Assembly: GCF_963921235.1 (NCBI RefSeq)
Contig: NW_026948187.1
Coordinates: 6,696,001-6,760,000, forward strand
Length of the DNA stretch: 64,000 nucleotides
Source: Mobula hypostoma
Lineage: Eukaryota
Direction of reading: 5' to 3'
Under the pieces are notes generated by a model, which saw only the letters and a list, made by a program, of their open reading frames with translations, was not told where the DNA came from and did not search any database. Each line of letters starts with the position of its first letter. Position 1 is the stretch's first letter. Shown here piece by piece: positions 1 to 12,621 of the stretch. A program made the position numbers and the translations under genes.

Positions 1-68
1 AACGAGTTTTGGACACTTTGAGAGGTCGAAGCGCGGAACCGGAGAGCGAAGAGCGCGTCCTCACGTAC

Positions 69-117
69 ACAGAGCCAGAGAGAAGATCGCGGCAGAGAGG
101 CAGCGCGCAGGCATCAT
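69..117 (-). CDS. TRBV: TRBV leader exon (V1-type family); its V exon lies beyond the left edge of the window
   Basis: Encodes MMPARCLSAAIFSLAL plus 1 nt, then donor GTACGT. Bases 1-290 are nearly identical to 5033-5320, the leader and promoter of V1. Confidence 0.85.
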
Positions 118-291
118 TGCTGCCGGGCCGAGGCGGGTTCTAGTCCTTCAGTTCGCTCGGCGGACTGAAAGGAAGGCGGGCGACATCGGAAGCCGAGGGC
201 GGGTCGCGGGTTATCACCCCGCCCCTCCCTTTCCGAACCAGGGGGGTGGGGAGACACTCGTCGTGGTGCAGTCGAGCGGCCGCTACCGGGA

Positions 292-1740
292 ATGAAGGGA
301 GCTTTTTCTCACTGGCTGCCAATGAGTACTGGTGTTCCACAGGGATCCGGGTTCGGACCAGTTACTTGTACATTATATGTCAGTGATTTGGATAGTGGAG
401 TTGATGGCTTTGTTGTAAAGTTTGCAGGCAACACCAAGGCAGGTGGAGGGGCAGGAAGGGTTAATGAGATAGGAGCAGAAGGACGAGGCAGATTCGGAAA
501 ATGGGCGTGGAAGTTACAGATTGAATACAGTGTCGGGAAGTGTACGGTCCTGCACTTTGGCAGACGATATGAAAGCGTTGCCTGTTTTCGAAATAGAGAG
601 AAAATAGAAATATACATTGAGGCGCATCGAGATTTGGGATTCCCTAAAGGGTACTTTCCAGACCTCACCTGGAGTGTTATGGGCAGTTCTGGGCCTTTTA
701 TCTTAGAAAGTTCGTGCTGAAACTGGGGAGAGTTCAGAGGAGGTTCACGGAAATGATTGCGGAATTCAAAGGCCTGTCATATGAAGAGTGTTTGATGGCT
801 CTGGGCCTGTATGCACTGGAATTCGGAAGAGGGAGCGGTGATCTGATTGAAGGACCTTGATAGAGTGGACGTGGAGAAGATGTTACCTATGGTGGGAGAG
901 TATGATAGAGTATAGGGTGCACCACAACCTGGTATGGAAGTTATCCTGCCCAAGACCGGAAGAAGCGTCAGAAGATCGTGAACACAGCGCAGCACATCAC
1001 ACAAACCAATCTTCCATCATTGGACTCAGTTTACACCGCACGCTGTCGGAGCAGTGCTGCCAGGATAATCAAGGACACGACCCACTTAGCCAACACACTT
1101 TTCATCCATCTTCCCTCCGGGAGAAGGCTCAGGAGCTTGAAGACTCGTACGGCCAGATTTGGGAACAGCTTCTTTCCAACTGTGATAAGACTGCTGAACG
1201 GATCCTGACCCGGATCTGGGCCGTACCCTCCAAATATCCGGACCTGCCTCTCGGTTTTTTTGCACGACCTTACTTTCCATTTTTCCATTTTCTATTTATG
1301 ATTTATAATTGAAAATTTTCATATTTACTAATTTTTACAATTTTTAATATTTAAGATCTGTAATCCAGGTGGTGGGAAGCGCAGAATCATATATTGCTGT
1401 GGTGATTGTACGTTCTAGTATCAATTCTTCGGGGACGATAAAGTATAAAGTATAAGTATAAGACAGAGGGCACAAACACAGAATGGAGGGGCGTCCTTTC
1501 AGAAAGGAGATGGGGAGGAATTTCTTTAGATAGAGAGTGGTGAGTTGGTGGACTTGTTTGTCACACGCAGATGAACATCTAAGGCAGATGTTGATAGATA
1601 CTTGATTGGTCAGAGGATCAAGGGATACGGTGAGAAGGCTGAAGATTGGGGGTGAGATGGAAAATGGATGTTGAAATAGCGCTGCAGAATCGATGGGCCA
1701 GTGGCCTAATTCTGCTCCTGGACCTTACCGATTTATGGTC
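292..1740 (+). mobile_element. Degenerate CR1 LINE RT and 3' end, interrupted by a Rex1/Babar 3' fragment (about 940-1450)
   Basis: GVPQGS..LYVSDLD..KFA and KCTVLHFG are CR1 motifs. LPSGRRLRSLKTRTARFGNSFFPTVIRLLN matches the Rex1 C-terminus. Confidence 0.85.
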
Positions 1741-1761
1741 GGACACAGTGCCTGCGAAAAT

Positions 1762-2610
1762 TACGCACCCCTCCTTGAAAGTTTTCATGTTTATTTGTTT
1801 TACAACATTGAGTCGCTGTGGATGTAATTTGGATTATTTTGACACTGTACGACAGGAAATGATCGCTACAAAGTGATCTAAATTAATTACAAACATGAAA
1901 CAAAAAATAATTGATTGACCAAGTTTTTACCCCCTTCGAGTCAGTACGCAGTAGATGCCCCTTTGTCAGTAATTCCAGACTTGAGTCTGTGTTCATGGGT
2001 CTCGATCAGCTTTGCAGATGTGCACACTGTAATTTTTCCCTATTCTTCTTGTCAAAACTGCTCAAGATCTGTCAGATTGCATGGGGATCATGAGTGAACA
2101 GCCATTAACAAATCCAGCCAAAAATTCTCAATTAGATCGAGGTCTGGACTTTGACTTGGCCACTCCGGGACATTAACTTTGTTGCTTTCAATGCATTCCC
2201 TTGCAGCTTTGGCTTCGTGCTTGGGGTCACTGCTTTACTAGAAAACAAATCTCCTCCCAAGTCGCAGTTCTATTGCAGACTGCATCAGGTTTTCCTCCAG
2301 GATTTCCCTGTATTTTGCTGCATTCATTTTACCCTCTACCTTCACAAGCCTTCCAGGGCCTGCTGCAGTGAAGCATCCCCACAGCATGATGCAGCCACCA
2401 CCACGCTTCACGGTTAGGATGGTGTGCTTTTGATGATGTGGGCATTTGACCTACGCCAAACACAGCCGATGGCCAAAAAAGCTCAATTTTAGTTCCATCG
2501 GACGATCAAAACTTCTCCCAGTTGATTCAGAATCTCCCACAATCCTTCTGGCAAACTCTAGCCTTGATTTCATTTGAGATTCTTTTCAGCAATGGCTCGC
2601 TCTTTGACCT
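1762..2610 (-). mobile_element. Degenerate Tc1-like transposon fragment
   Basis: The minus strand reads WPSQSPDL..IENFW..L..AVH with stops. Confidence 0.75.
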
Positions 2611-2989
2611 TCCCCCATAAAGCTGCGACTGGAGAAGAAAATCAGACGTTCAGGTTGTTAGCAAGTTAGCGTCAACATTGCGGGCTATGTTTGCTTGACC
2701 TGCCTCCTTTCCACCCTATCCAGACTGCCCTTTATTTGTCCTGACTCTTGTTTGACCGTATTTGCGCTTTCAACAATTCCGCGGAGGAACTGAGAGGGGC
2801 AGAAGGGCAGGATCCCTTTCCCGTCCCTGCGGTTACCTCTCTGTCCCTGTTCCTTGGCCGGGCGGAGACGGTTGCATTTGGTGCTCCGATGCCGCCCCCT
2901 GCTGTTGGTGCAAAGAAACACCCACTTTGTCAACTCCGCACAATTCGCCCAAGTTCTTACTCCCGGTCAGCCCACCTGTCTGTTCATTT

Positions 2990-3570
2990 TGATCAATTTA
3001 TCTTTCCATGTATCTATATGCATATCTATCTATCTTTCTATCTGTCTATTCATCTATCTGTCTGTCTATCTACCTATAAAAATCTATCTCTTGCTCTCTC
3101 TAACTATCTCTTTATCTATCTATCTATCTGTCTATCTATCTATCTATCTATCAATCTATCTATCTATATTTGTCTATATATCAATTTATTTATCTATCTA
3201 TCTACCTATCCGTCTGTCTGTCTCTCTATCTATCTATCCATTTGTTTATCTAACTCTCCCTCTATCCATCTATCTATCTATCTACATATCCATCTATCTA
3301 CTCATCTAGATATTAGTCCACCTACAAATAATCGTCTCTCTCTCTCTCTCTCTAACTGTCTCCCTCTCGATCTATCTATTTATCTGTCTATCTGTGTTTA
3401 TCTCTCTCTCTATCGATCTAACTATCTATCTATATATCTAACTATCTAATTTATCTATCTATCTATCTAAATTATCTATCTGTCTGTCTCGCCCATTCTC
3501 TTTATATCTATCTGTCTTTCTCTGTTGTGGAGAAGGAGAGAGCGAGCGAGAGAGAGAGAGAGAGAGAGAG
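2990..3570. repeat. (TCTA)n / (GA)n microsatellite tract
   Basis: Visible directly. Similar tracts at about 8520-8640, 9745-9810, 10140-10560 and 27180-27270. Confidence 0.95.
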
Positions 3571-4364
3571 ATTAGCAGACTTGGTGGAGGGGTAGATATT
3601 CGTGTATACGTTTAGCTAGTCAGGTAAGCAGGTTGATGGGTATGATATAAGCGTCAGTTGCCACTCCATTAGATACCTGCTGTACCCAACAGACTGCCCA
3701 CTGAGTGTAGGCTCATCGTCTTCTGCTGCTGTCGCCCGTACGCCTCAGGGTTCGACGTGTTGTGCGTTCAGAGAAGATCTTCTGCCCACGGCTGTTGTAA
3801 CGTTGGTATTTGCGGGTAACCGTCGCCTTTCAGTCACGTTGAACAAGCCTGGCCTTTCTCTGTGGACGTCTCCCAAGAAGAATTCGTCTACCAGCGGAGA
3901 AATGCCGCTCAGCGGATACGTATCGGCTGTATCGCAGTGGATTTAATTTGGCTTTTTCCGACGCTCATCAACAGAAAAAGCCTCTTCCGTGTGAAAGTGA
4001 AAACAGATCTCTACAAAGTGATCTGTATTGTTTACAAATACAGGTAGTTGCTTCCATTTCCTTTTTAGCTGGGTCAGCACAACATTGTGGGCCGAAGGGC
4101 CTGTTTCTGTGTTGCCCGGTTCTACATCCGACGGAACTTGTTCGACCTGAATGCACTGTGTAATGATTTGATCTGCATGCACACAAAGCCTTTCACTACA
4201 TCTCGGTGGCGTGACAATGATAAATCTATTCCAATCCTAGCCAGAGACGGGGAACACCTGCAGCAAAGTAAAAGGCCCCTTGGCCCACCCAGTTCCCGTT
4301 CTATACCTAGTTCCGATCTTCTCCCGGAACCTTGGCAGAGTTGCTCTGCAGGGAGACCTGTTGG

Positions 4365-4403
4365 AGTTTTTGTATTGGCGCCCAGTATCTCTACAACGCT
4401 GTG
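4365..4403 (-). other. 23-RSS of V1
   Basis: CACAGCG, 23-nt spacer, ACAAAAACT. Confidence 0.95.
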
Positions 4404-5150
4404 CGCCATCAGTAGTAGCGCAGAAATAGGTCGCCGCGTCCGCGGCCTTCACGCTCTCGACCTGGAGGGTGGACTCCTTATTTTCCTTTGCCCTGGTGAT
4501 GACGAACCCGCTCTTGAAGTCCTCCTCCAGCTGGGCCTCGCTGTTGAGGTAGACGGACCCGATCAACGCCAGCCCGCCGGTGGACGGCTGGCGGTACCAG
4601 AGCATGTAGTCACGGAGCTGTCCCTTCTGAAGACACTTCACCTCGGCCGGCGCCCCCAGGCGGACGCTGAGAGATCCGGGCCACTGGTCGATCTCATCGG
4701 CCCGGCAGACACCTGCAAAGAGAGAAGGGATAGGGGTTGGGAAAAAAAGTGATGGACAGCGATGGGTAGCGCTGCATACACTAACCACGCGCAAAAGGAT
4801 TCATTTGGACACTCGCTCGGTGCCGAAGCGGTTCGCCTCACTGTATTAAAACGCCAGCAATCCGAGTTCAGTTCCCGCCTCTGACCGTGAGGAATTAGTC
4901 CGCGTGGGTTTCGTCCGGGCGGCCCCACATTCAGAAGACTGCCGGGTCAGTGGGTTAATTAGTCGTTTTGAAGATGTCATCGGGCAGTTTGGGCCGCGCT
5001 GTATCTCAACGAGAAGTGAGAGTCGGAACTCGAAACGAGTTTGAGACATTTTGAGAGGTCGAAGCGCGGTACCGGAGAGCGAAGAGCGCGTCCTCACGTA
5101 CACAGAGCCAGAGAGAAGATCGCAGCAGAGAGGCAGCGCGCAGGCATCAT
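4404..5150 (-). CDS. TRBV: TCR beta V gene V1 (divergent family), apparently functional
   Basis: Leader 5150-5102 (MMPARCLSAAIFSLAL, phase-1 GTACGT donor). V exon 4712-4404 reads DEIDQWPGSLSV..EVKC..YMLWYRQ..DAATYFCATTD with both Cys and the Trp. Followed by a 23-RSS. Confidence 0.9.
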
Positions 5151-5534
5151 TGCTGCCGGGCCGAGACGGGTTCTAGTCCTTCAGTTCGCTCGGCGGACTG
5201 AAAGCAAGGCGGGCGACATGGGAAACCGAGGGCGGGTCGCGGGTTATCACCCCTCCCCTTCCTAACCGAACGAGGCGAGGAGAAACTCGTCGTGGTGCGG
5301 TGGAGCGGCCGCCTCCGGGAGCGACGATCATGGTTCGAACCTGACCACGGGCGCCGTCTGTTCATCGAGTTGCTGGGGAGTTTCCAAATTACGAATTCTC
5401 TTAGCATAATTTGTTCACTTTGTAATGCATAGTCATATCATTTATCTGCTCTGTACAGCTGTCGCAGAACAAGAAGTTTCACGACATAGAATTCAGTAGA
5501 AATAGAACAGATTCCGTTCCATATAACATATATA

Positions 5535-6070
5535 CAGGGCCATGCAAAAGTTTGGGTACCCCAGCCAAAATGTCTGCTACTGTGAATAGCTAAGCGAGGA
5601 AAAGCTGACCTGATTTCCGAAAGGCATAAAGTTAAAGATGACACGTTTCTTTAGTATTTTAAGCAAGATTACTTTTTTTTATTTCTATCTTTTGCAGAGT
5701 CAAAATAACAATAAAAAAATACAGAAGGGCCCGAAGCAAAGGTTTGGGCACCCCGCATGGTCAGTACTTAGTAACACCCCTCTTGGCAAGGATCACAGCT
5801 TGTAAACGCTTTCTGTAGCCAGCTGAGAGTCTTTCGCCCATGCGACCTTGCGAAAGACGTGTAGTTCTGTGAGAGTCTTGGGCCGTCTTGCATGCACTGC
5901 TCTTTTGAGGTCTATCCACAGATTTGCGATGATGTTTAGGTCGGGGGACTGTGAGGGCCATGGCAAAACCTTCAGTTCGCGCCCCTTGTGGTAGTCTATT
6001 GTGGATTTTGAGGTGTGTTCAGGATCATTCGGCTGTTGCAGAAGCCATCCTCTTTTAATCTTCAACTTTT
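5535..6070 (-). mobile_element. Tc1/mariner 3' end: transposase DDE C-terminus plus IR/DR-type terminal repeat
   Basis: WLLQQPNDPEHTSK..WPSQSPDLNIIANLW. The terminus TA|CAGGGCCATGCAAAAGTTTGGGTACCCC has an inner direct repeat at 5736-5754. Confidence 0.88.
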
Positions 6071-6309
6071 TTACAGACAGTGTGATGTCGGCGATGGTGG
6101 TGGACGCGGATTTAATAAGGTCTTTTAAGAGAGTCCTGGATAGGTACATGCAGCTTTGAAAAATAAAGGCCGGTGGGTCTCTGTCTCTCTTCCCATCCTT
6201 CAAGGTGGATAGACGTGTAGATAGATACATATGTAATATTTTGTTTTACGACCAAGTTTTCATACAGTTAATAAAATGGAAACTCTAGAAACTACTGTGT
6301 AAACTATAG

Positions 6310-7640
6310 AACGGATGCAGAGGAGATTTACAATGATGTTGCCTGGATTGGGGAGCATGCCCCGTGAGAATAGGTTGACTGAATTCTGCCTTTTCTCCTT
6401 GGAGGGTCGGAGGATGAGAGGTGACCTGATAGAGGTGTATGAGATGATGAGGGGCATTGATCGTGTGGATAGTCAGAGGCTTTTTCCCCAGGGCTGAAAT
6501 GGCTGCCACAAGAGGGCACAGTTTTAAGGTGCTGGGCAGCAGGTAGAGAGGAGATGTCAGGGGTAGGTTTTTAAGGCAGAGAGTGGAATGGGCTGCCGGT
6601 GATTAATTCACACTGATTTGAGTGTCCTCTCTACTACATTGACTGTCCTGTTTATTTTAAATTACTACGATCGCACGTTCAGAGGGAGACGTAACATAAG
6701 GATTTTTTTAATAAACGACCCGGACGAGGGAGTGGAGGGATGGGTTAGTAAATTTGCTGATGACACAAAGGTTGGGGGTGTTGTGGATAGTGTGGAGGGC
6801 TGTCAGAGGTCACAGCGGGACATTGATAGGATGCAAAATTGGGCTGAGAAGTGGCAGATGGAGTTCAACCCAGATAAGTCTGAGGTGGTTCATTTTGGTG
6901 GGTCAAATATGATGGTACAATATAGTATTAATGGTAAGACTCTTGGCAGTGTGGAGGATCAGAGGGATCTTGGGGTCCGAGTCCATAGGACACTCAAAGC
7001 TGCTGCACAGTTTGACTCTGTGGTTAAGAAGGCATACGGTGTATTGGCCTTCATCAATCGTGGAATTGAGTTTAGGAGCTGAGAGGTAATGTTGCAGCTA
7101 TATAGGACCCTGGTCAGACCCCACTTGGAGTACTGTGCTCAGTTCTGGTCGCCTCACTACAGGAAGGACATGGAAACCACAGAAAGGGTGCAGAGGAGAT
7201 TTACAAGGATGTTGCCTGGATTGGGGAACATGTCTTATGAAAACAGGTTGAGTGAACTTGGCCTTTTCTCCTTGGAGGGTCGGAGGATGAGAGGTGACCT
7301 GATAGAGGTGTATGAGATGATGAGAGGCCTTGATCATGTGGATAGTCAAAAGCTTTTCACAAGGGCTGAAGTGGCTAACGCGTGAGGGCACAGTTTTAAG
7401 GTGCTTGGAAGTAGGTACTGAGGAGATGTCAGGGGTAAGTTTTTTTAAGCAGAGAGTGGTGAGTGCGTGGAATGGGCTGCCGGCGACAGCGGTGGAGGCG
7501 GATACGACAGTGTCTTTTATGGTAGTCCTGGATAGGTACATGGAGCTCAGGAAAATAGAGGGCTGCTGGTTACCGGAGGTAATTTGTAAAGTGAGGACAT
7601 GTTCGGCACAGCTTTGTATTGTGCTGTAGGTTTTCTATGT
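6310..7640 (+). mobile_element. CR1 LINE RT and 3' fragments
   Basis: SKFADDTKVGG..WQMEFNPDK and LVRPHLEYCAQFWSP, followed by a (TTCTATG)n tail. Confidence 0.92.
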
Positions 7641-8669
7641 TTCTATGTTCATGTTCAGTTATGTTCTTGTGCATTTTACTTTCCGCAGATTTTCCTGTAG
7701 TTACATTAATTAATAGAGTATTTTATGTCTGCTGTCTAAAATAAAATTCGGTGATTGGTAAGGGAGGTGTATTGATGTAGACGATTGAATTTGTCTTGGG
7801 TACATGCTGGAGAGAGCGTGGGGAAAGAGGAAGAGCGGGGCGGCCATTTTTCCGAGCGAGAGCGGTATCGAAGAAGGAGAAGGAAGGAAAATGGAAACGG
7901 GCGATAGACGTGGTGACGCCCTCACTGAGCGCGTCTGGAGGTACAGAGACTGATGCCGGAAGGTCCTCAGGCCGACTGTGGTCTCACGGAGACCGCGCAG
8001 AGAACTTTTCGTTGGTGAGATATCACGTGAGCTTGGAGAAAGTTCGACGCCTGGATTTTGCCGGGGTTTCCAGGCAGAATTCGTCGACACGGTGAGTAAA
8101 CGAAGGGAAGCCAACCGGGTGGATTACGCAACGATAAGCTCCAACGATGACGTGCACCAATTACAGACTAAATTTTGTGTATATACGATGGGCCTCTGTT
8201 CTTTATTTTCCATTATATAGTTTATCACTGCAATTTTACTGGTGTGCGTTAAATGACTGCTTTCTGGCGAACAGCAAATTCGCATGGGTACATCAGTATT
8301 CATCCATGTAACATCCCTTAAAGGGACATTCAAAACTGTGATGTTTGTGTTCGCCCGAATCATATTTACCCTAGAAGTGTTAATTTGATGGTCATGGCCT
8401 TCTCATCGTTATTCACCACGCATTGTAGAGTTATGTCGCTGTTAGCCTGCATTCTCTGTAATAGCTAATTCAGTACGAGCCTGCAGTGAGAGGCAGACAG
8501 ACGAAGAGTTAGCTAACTCGATGGATAGATAGATAGATAGATAGATAGATGGATAAATAGATAGATAGATATATAGATAGATAGGTAGACGGTTAAATAG
8601 ATAGATTGAAAGATAGATGGCTAGATAGGTAGATTTCTGGATAGAGAGTAATAATAATAGGCATCCGTT

Positions 8670-9295
8670 ATAGGCGGGAGGAGAAGATAATGGCGCGCCA
8701 GCGTGTGCGCAGCCCTCCGTTGAAAATGATATCGGATCTGTTTAATTCGGGCCGTGGACAATTCTTATTTGATGGAGATGGACGTGAAAGCACCGAGGAA
8801 CATCTGAAGAAATTTCTGAAACGCCCGTACGCTGCTGTCGTTGCTGTGTGGTCGTGAGTCTTTCGGAGGGTAGGCCTCAAAATCCCCGGCCTTGCCTGCT
8901 TTTGGCGACCGAGAAGGGGATCGAATCTTTCGGGCAGAGATGGCGATCAGTACTCGGTATCGGAGAGCTGATCAGAGCTCGAAGTTTTCGGATGACTCAG
9001 CGTCGGATTGTGGTCGGGTATGGCAGGGAGAGTTTTTCTTCCTTCTCCCGTCTGCGTGAGATGTGGGACATTTGAGAGACTTTGAACTTTTACTGTGCTC
9101 ATGGACTTCTTCATGAAGTTATGGTATTGTTGCACTGTTGGTAACTATATGTTATAATTATGTAGTTTTGTCAGTTTTTTCAGTCATGTTCTGCCCTGTG
9201 TTTTGTGATATCGCACCGGAGGAAATAATGTATCATTCCTTAATGCATGTATTACTAAATGACAATAAAAGAGGACTGCGTGACTACATAATCCT
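8670..9295 (+). mobile_element. Retroposon 3' region with AATAAA and TAATC tail, nested in a SINE
   Basis: Same family at about 17880-18135 (-) and 59040-59470 (+). Confidence 0.6.
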
Positions 9296-9591
9296 AGTCT
9301 CGTGCGACCATTGATTTGCTCCTTGGAAGGTTTCCAGGGCGCCGGCCTCGGCAAGGTTGTATGGAAGATCGGCAGTTGCCCACGCTGCATGTCTCCCGTC
9401 TCCACGCCACCGATGTTGTCCAAGGGAAGGGCATTAGGACCCATACAGCTTGGCACCGGTGTCGTCGCAGAGTAATGCGTGGTTAAGTTCCTTGCTCAAA
9501 GATACAACACGCTGCCTCAGCCAAGGCTCGAATTAGCGACCTTCGGATCTCTGGAAGAACGCCTTAACCACTTGGCCACGCGCCCAACACA
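9296..9591 (-). mobile_element. tRNA-derived SINE
   Basis: Minus-strand head GGGCGCGTGGCCAAGTGGTTAAGG..TTCGAGCC (A and B boxes). Confidence 0.75.
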
Positions 9592-10569
9592 NNNNNNNNN
9601 NNNNNNNNNNNNNNNNNNNNNNNNNNNNNNNNNNNNNNNNNNNNNNNNNNNNNNNNNNNNNNNNNNNNNNNNNNNNNNNNNNNNNNNNNNNNNNNNNNNN
9701 NNNNNNNNNNNNNNNNNNNNNNNNNNNNNNNNNNNNNNNNNTAGCCAGCTAGAAGAAAGATAGATGGATAGATAGATAGATAGTTAGATAGATGGATAGG
9801 TAGATAGATAGATTGTTAGGGCCAACATTGCGGGCTATGTATGGTTGACCTTCTTCCTTTTTACCCCATCCAGACAGCCCTCTATTTCTCCATTCTCTTA
9901 TTTGACAGTAATTGCTCTTTCAACAATTTCGCGGAGGAACTGAAAGCGGCAGCAGGGCAGGATCCCTTTCTTGTCCCTGCGGTTACCTCTCTGTCCCTGT
10001 TCCTTGGCGGGGCGCAGACTGTTGCTTTTGGTGCTCCGATGTCGCCCCCTGCTGTTGGTGCAAAGAAACACCCACTTTGTCAACTCCGCACAACTCACTC
10101 AAGTTCTTACTCCCGGTCAGTCCACCTGTCTGTTGATCTCTATCAATCAATCAATCAATCAATCTATCTAACTTTTACATATCAATCTAACTGTCTATCT
10201 ATCTATTCATCTATCTGCTTGTCTATCTACATATAATCATCTGTCGCTCTCTATCTAACCGTCTCTCTCTCTATCTATCTATCCATTCATTTATCTATAT
10301 ATCTGTCCATCTATCTGTTTATATATCTATCTATCCATCCTTCTATTTATCTATTTATCTATCTCTCTATCATTCTATACATTCATCTAACTATCTCTCT
10401 TTATCCATCTATCTATTTCACTCTCTCCAACTGTCTCTCTCGATCTATCTATCGATCCATCTATTCTATCCATCTATCCATTCATTTATCTATATATCTG
10501 TCTATCAATCTACCTATCTATCTCTATCTATCTAATCACCTACCTAGCTATCTATCTGTTTACCCTTAG

Positions 10570-11120
10570 AAACCAATATCACCATATAACAATTACAACA
10601 CGGAAACAGTCCATCTCGGCCCTTCTAGTCCCTGCCGAACGCTTACTCTCACCTAGTCCCACCGACCTGCACTCAGTCCATAACCCTCCATTCCTTTCCT
10701 GTCCATATAGCTGTCCAAATTTTATTTAAATGACAATATCGAGCCTGCCTCAACCACTTCCGCTGGAAGCTCGTTCCACACAGCCACCACTCTCTGAGTA
10801 AAGAAGTTCCCCCACGTGTTACCCCTAAACTTTTGCCTCCTAACTCTCAACTCATGTCCTCTTGTTTGAATCTCCCCTACTCTCAATAGAGAAAGCCTAT
10901 CCACGTCAATTCTTTATCCATCTCCCTCATAATTTTAAATACCTCTATCAAGCCTTCACCACTCAACCTTCTACGCTGCAAAGAATAAATTCCCAACTTG
11001 TTCATCCTTTCTCTGTAACTTAGGTGCTGAAACCCAGGTACATTTCAGTAAATCTTCTTTGTACTCTCTCTATTTTGTTGACAACTTTCCTATAATTCGG
11101 TGACCGGAACCGTACACAAC
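10570..11120 (-). mobile_element. CR1 LINE 3' end
   Basis: NFFTQRVVAVWNELP on the minus strand. Confidence 0.88.
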
Positions 11121-11703
11121 TGTAACCATCTGTCTATCATTCCATCTTGCTATCTAGCTAAATAAATCTGTGATTCAACCTATCAATCTGTGATTCTGTA
11201 ATCGGGTTCTTTCCTATAGAAATGCTGCACAATTTTATTTATTTTTATTTTCTTTGGAGATACACCGTGGAACAGGTCCTTCCTGAACCTTCCAGTAGCC
11301 CACCTATTGAACACCAGCCGAATCAGAGGGCAGTAACCAACTAACCGGCAGGTCTGGCCACTGTGACTGGGAAACCGGAGCTCCTGGTCACGGGAAGAGC
11401 GTGCAAGCTCCTTTTAGAGAGGGTCGGAATTGACCTCCGATCCCTGGCGTCACGATCTGCAATAGCGTCGCGCGTCACCGCTACTCAACCCTGGCACTCT
11501 TGGATTATGTTTAAACTGGTGGTGTGCTTGCAAATGCTACTGATGACAAGCTAGAAGCTATTCACCGCAACCCTTATCTGTGCCTCCCTGAAACCACCCC
11601 GCGGGGAAGGCCCGCCCCCTTCGTTTGACTGACAGCCCCTTTCTCCCCCACCTCTGGGGCACCTGCCCTCTTACCAATGTGCAAGCCTCGTTTCAGCGTT
11701 GAA

Positions 11704-11742
11704 TGTTTTTGTTCGGTTTCACCATCCGCTCGAGCGGCTTTG
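11704..11742 (-). other. Defective 23-RSS of V2
   Basis: CAAAGCC (invariant CAC broken), 23-nt spacer, ACAAAAACA. Confidence 0.9.
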
Positions 11743-12355
11743 TAAACTCCAGGCGCAGAAGTAACGAGCCGAGTGGTTCGCAGTCAAATTGTTGGCAGTC
11801 AGCTGCAAATGGTAATCGCCTCTCTTGGCCGTCAATCCGTCCTCCGTTTCCTTCGGGCTGACGTGTATGCTGCTCATCGAGTAAAACAGGTTCTGAGGTT
11901 CCTTCCCCGGGTACTGTCGGTACCAGTACATGTCGTGACTGCTACCCCCTCCTTCCGCCGTACACTGCAACTCCATCCCGGCGCCGGGCGGTGCGGTGAA
12001 CGCGACCGGAGTCTGGCGGACGGTCACCGACGTCCCGCCTGTGGAGGGGGAGCGGAGGCCAAGGTGAGGAAGGTACTTCGTGCCGGACCTCGGGGGGTGA
12101 GGGAGGCAGGAGGTGATGGAGGGGCGAGACTGAGGGAGAGGGACGTTGTAATGATGCTGCTCAATTGCGGCACCCACTGACTGTCAGAACTCCTTAGGGT
12201 GCAGGAATCATGGGAAGGAAAAGGTCTGTGGCGGCGAGCACAAGAACTGAAGATCACCAGTGGGGAGAGAGAAGACAGACTTTATTTAATTGAACCCACA
12301 AACACCGAAACCAGGTCAGGGTGAACAGCAAGACCAATGGCCTACTTTGAGACAT
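11743..12355 (-). CDS. TRBV: TCR beta V gene V2 (CAWS clan); open frame but RSS heptamer defective
   Basis: Proximal leader 12355-12304 (MSQSRPLVLLFTLTWFR, weak GTTTGT donor). V exon 12038-11743 reads SVTVRQTP..LQC..MYWYRQ..NHSARYFCAWS. Confidence 0.85.
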
Positions 12356-12394
12356 TTTTACTGAATAATGAGAGAGAGAAGTGAGAGAGAGAGG

Positions 12395-12438
<44 letters not shown>

Positions 12439-12570
12439 ATGAAGACAAAGCGAGACCACATTTCTCAGAGCTCCCTTGGGTGCAGGAACATGGGAAATAA
12501 CCACGAGGATAAGATAGGTAGTGGATAAAAAAGGAAGTGGAAAGTAAGATATTAAATAAAACCCAATTAC

Positions 12571-12621
12571 AGTTAAACCAGGCAGCGACCCCAGTAAGAG
12601 CAATGCCCCTCTTGGCTCCAT
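12571..12621 (-). pseudogene. Second, distal TRBV leader exon, 1 nt short (phase 0)
   Basis: ATGGAGCCAAGAGGGGCATTGCTCTTACTGGGG..CCTGGTTTAACT then GTAATT. Aligns to the MDHGQAFLLLGITAWFT leaders with a 1-nt deletion. Confidence 0.75.

Noticed and set aside
2870-2900. VAFGAP in the duplicated element as a possible J segment
   Set aside because: Not FGxG, no 12-RSS upstream and no donor downstream.
2748-3449. 233-aa ORF and other long SL/ER/IYLS-rich ORFs
   Set aside because: Produced by (TCTA)n and (CT)n microsatellites that lack stop codons.
7951-7953. In-frame TGA as selenocysteine
   Set aside because: No SECIS identified and no selenoprotein similarity recognised.
9470-9591. tRNA gene
   Set aside because: Only A/B-box heads of SINEs (also near 61120); no full cloverleaf.
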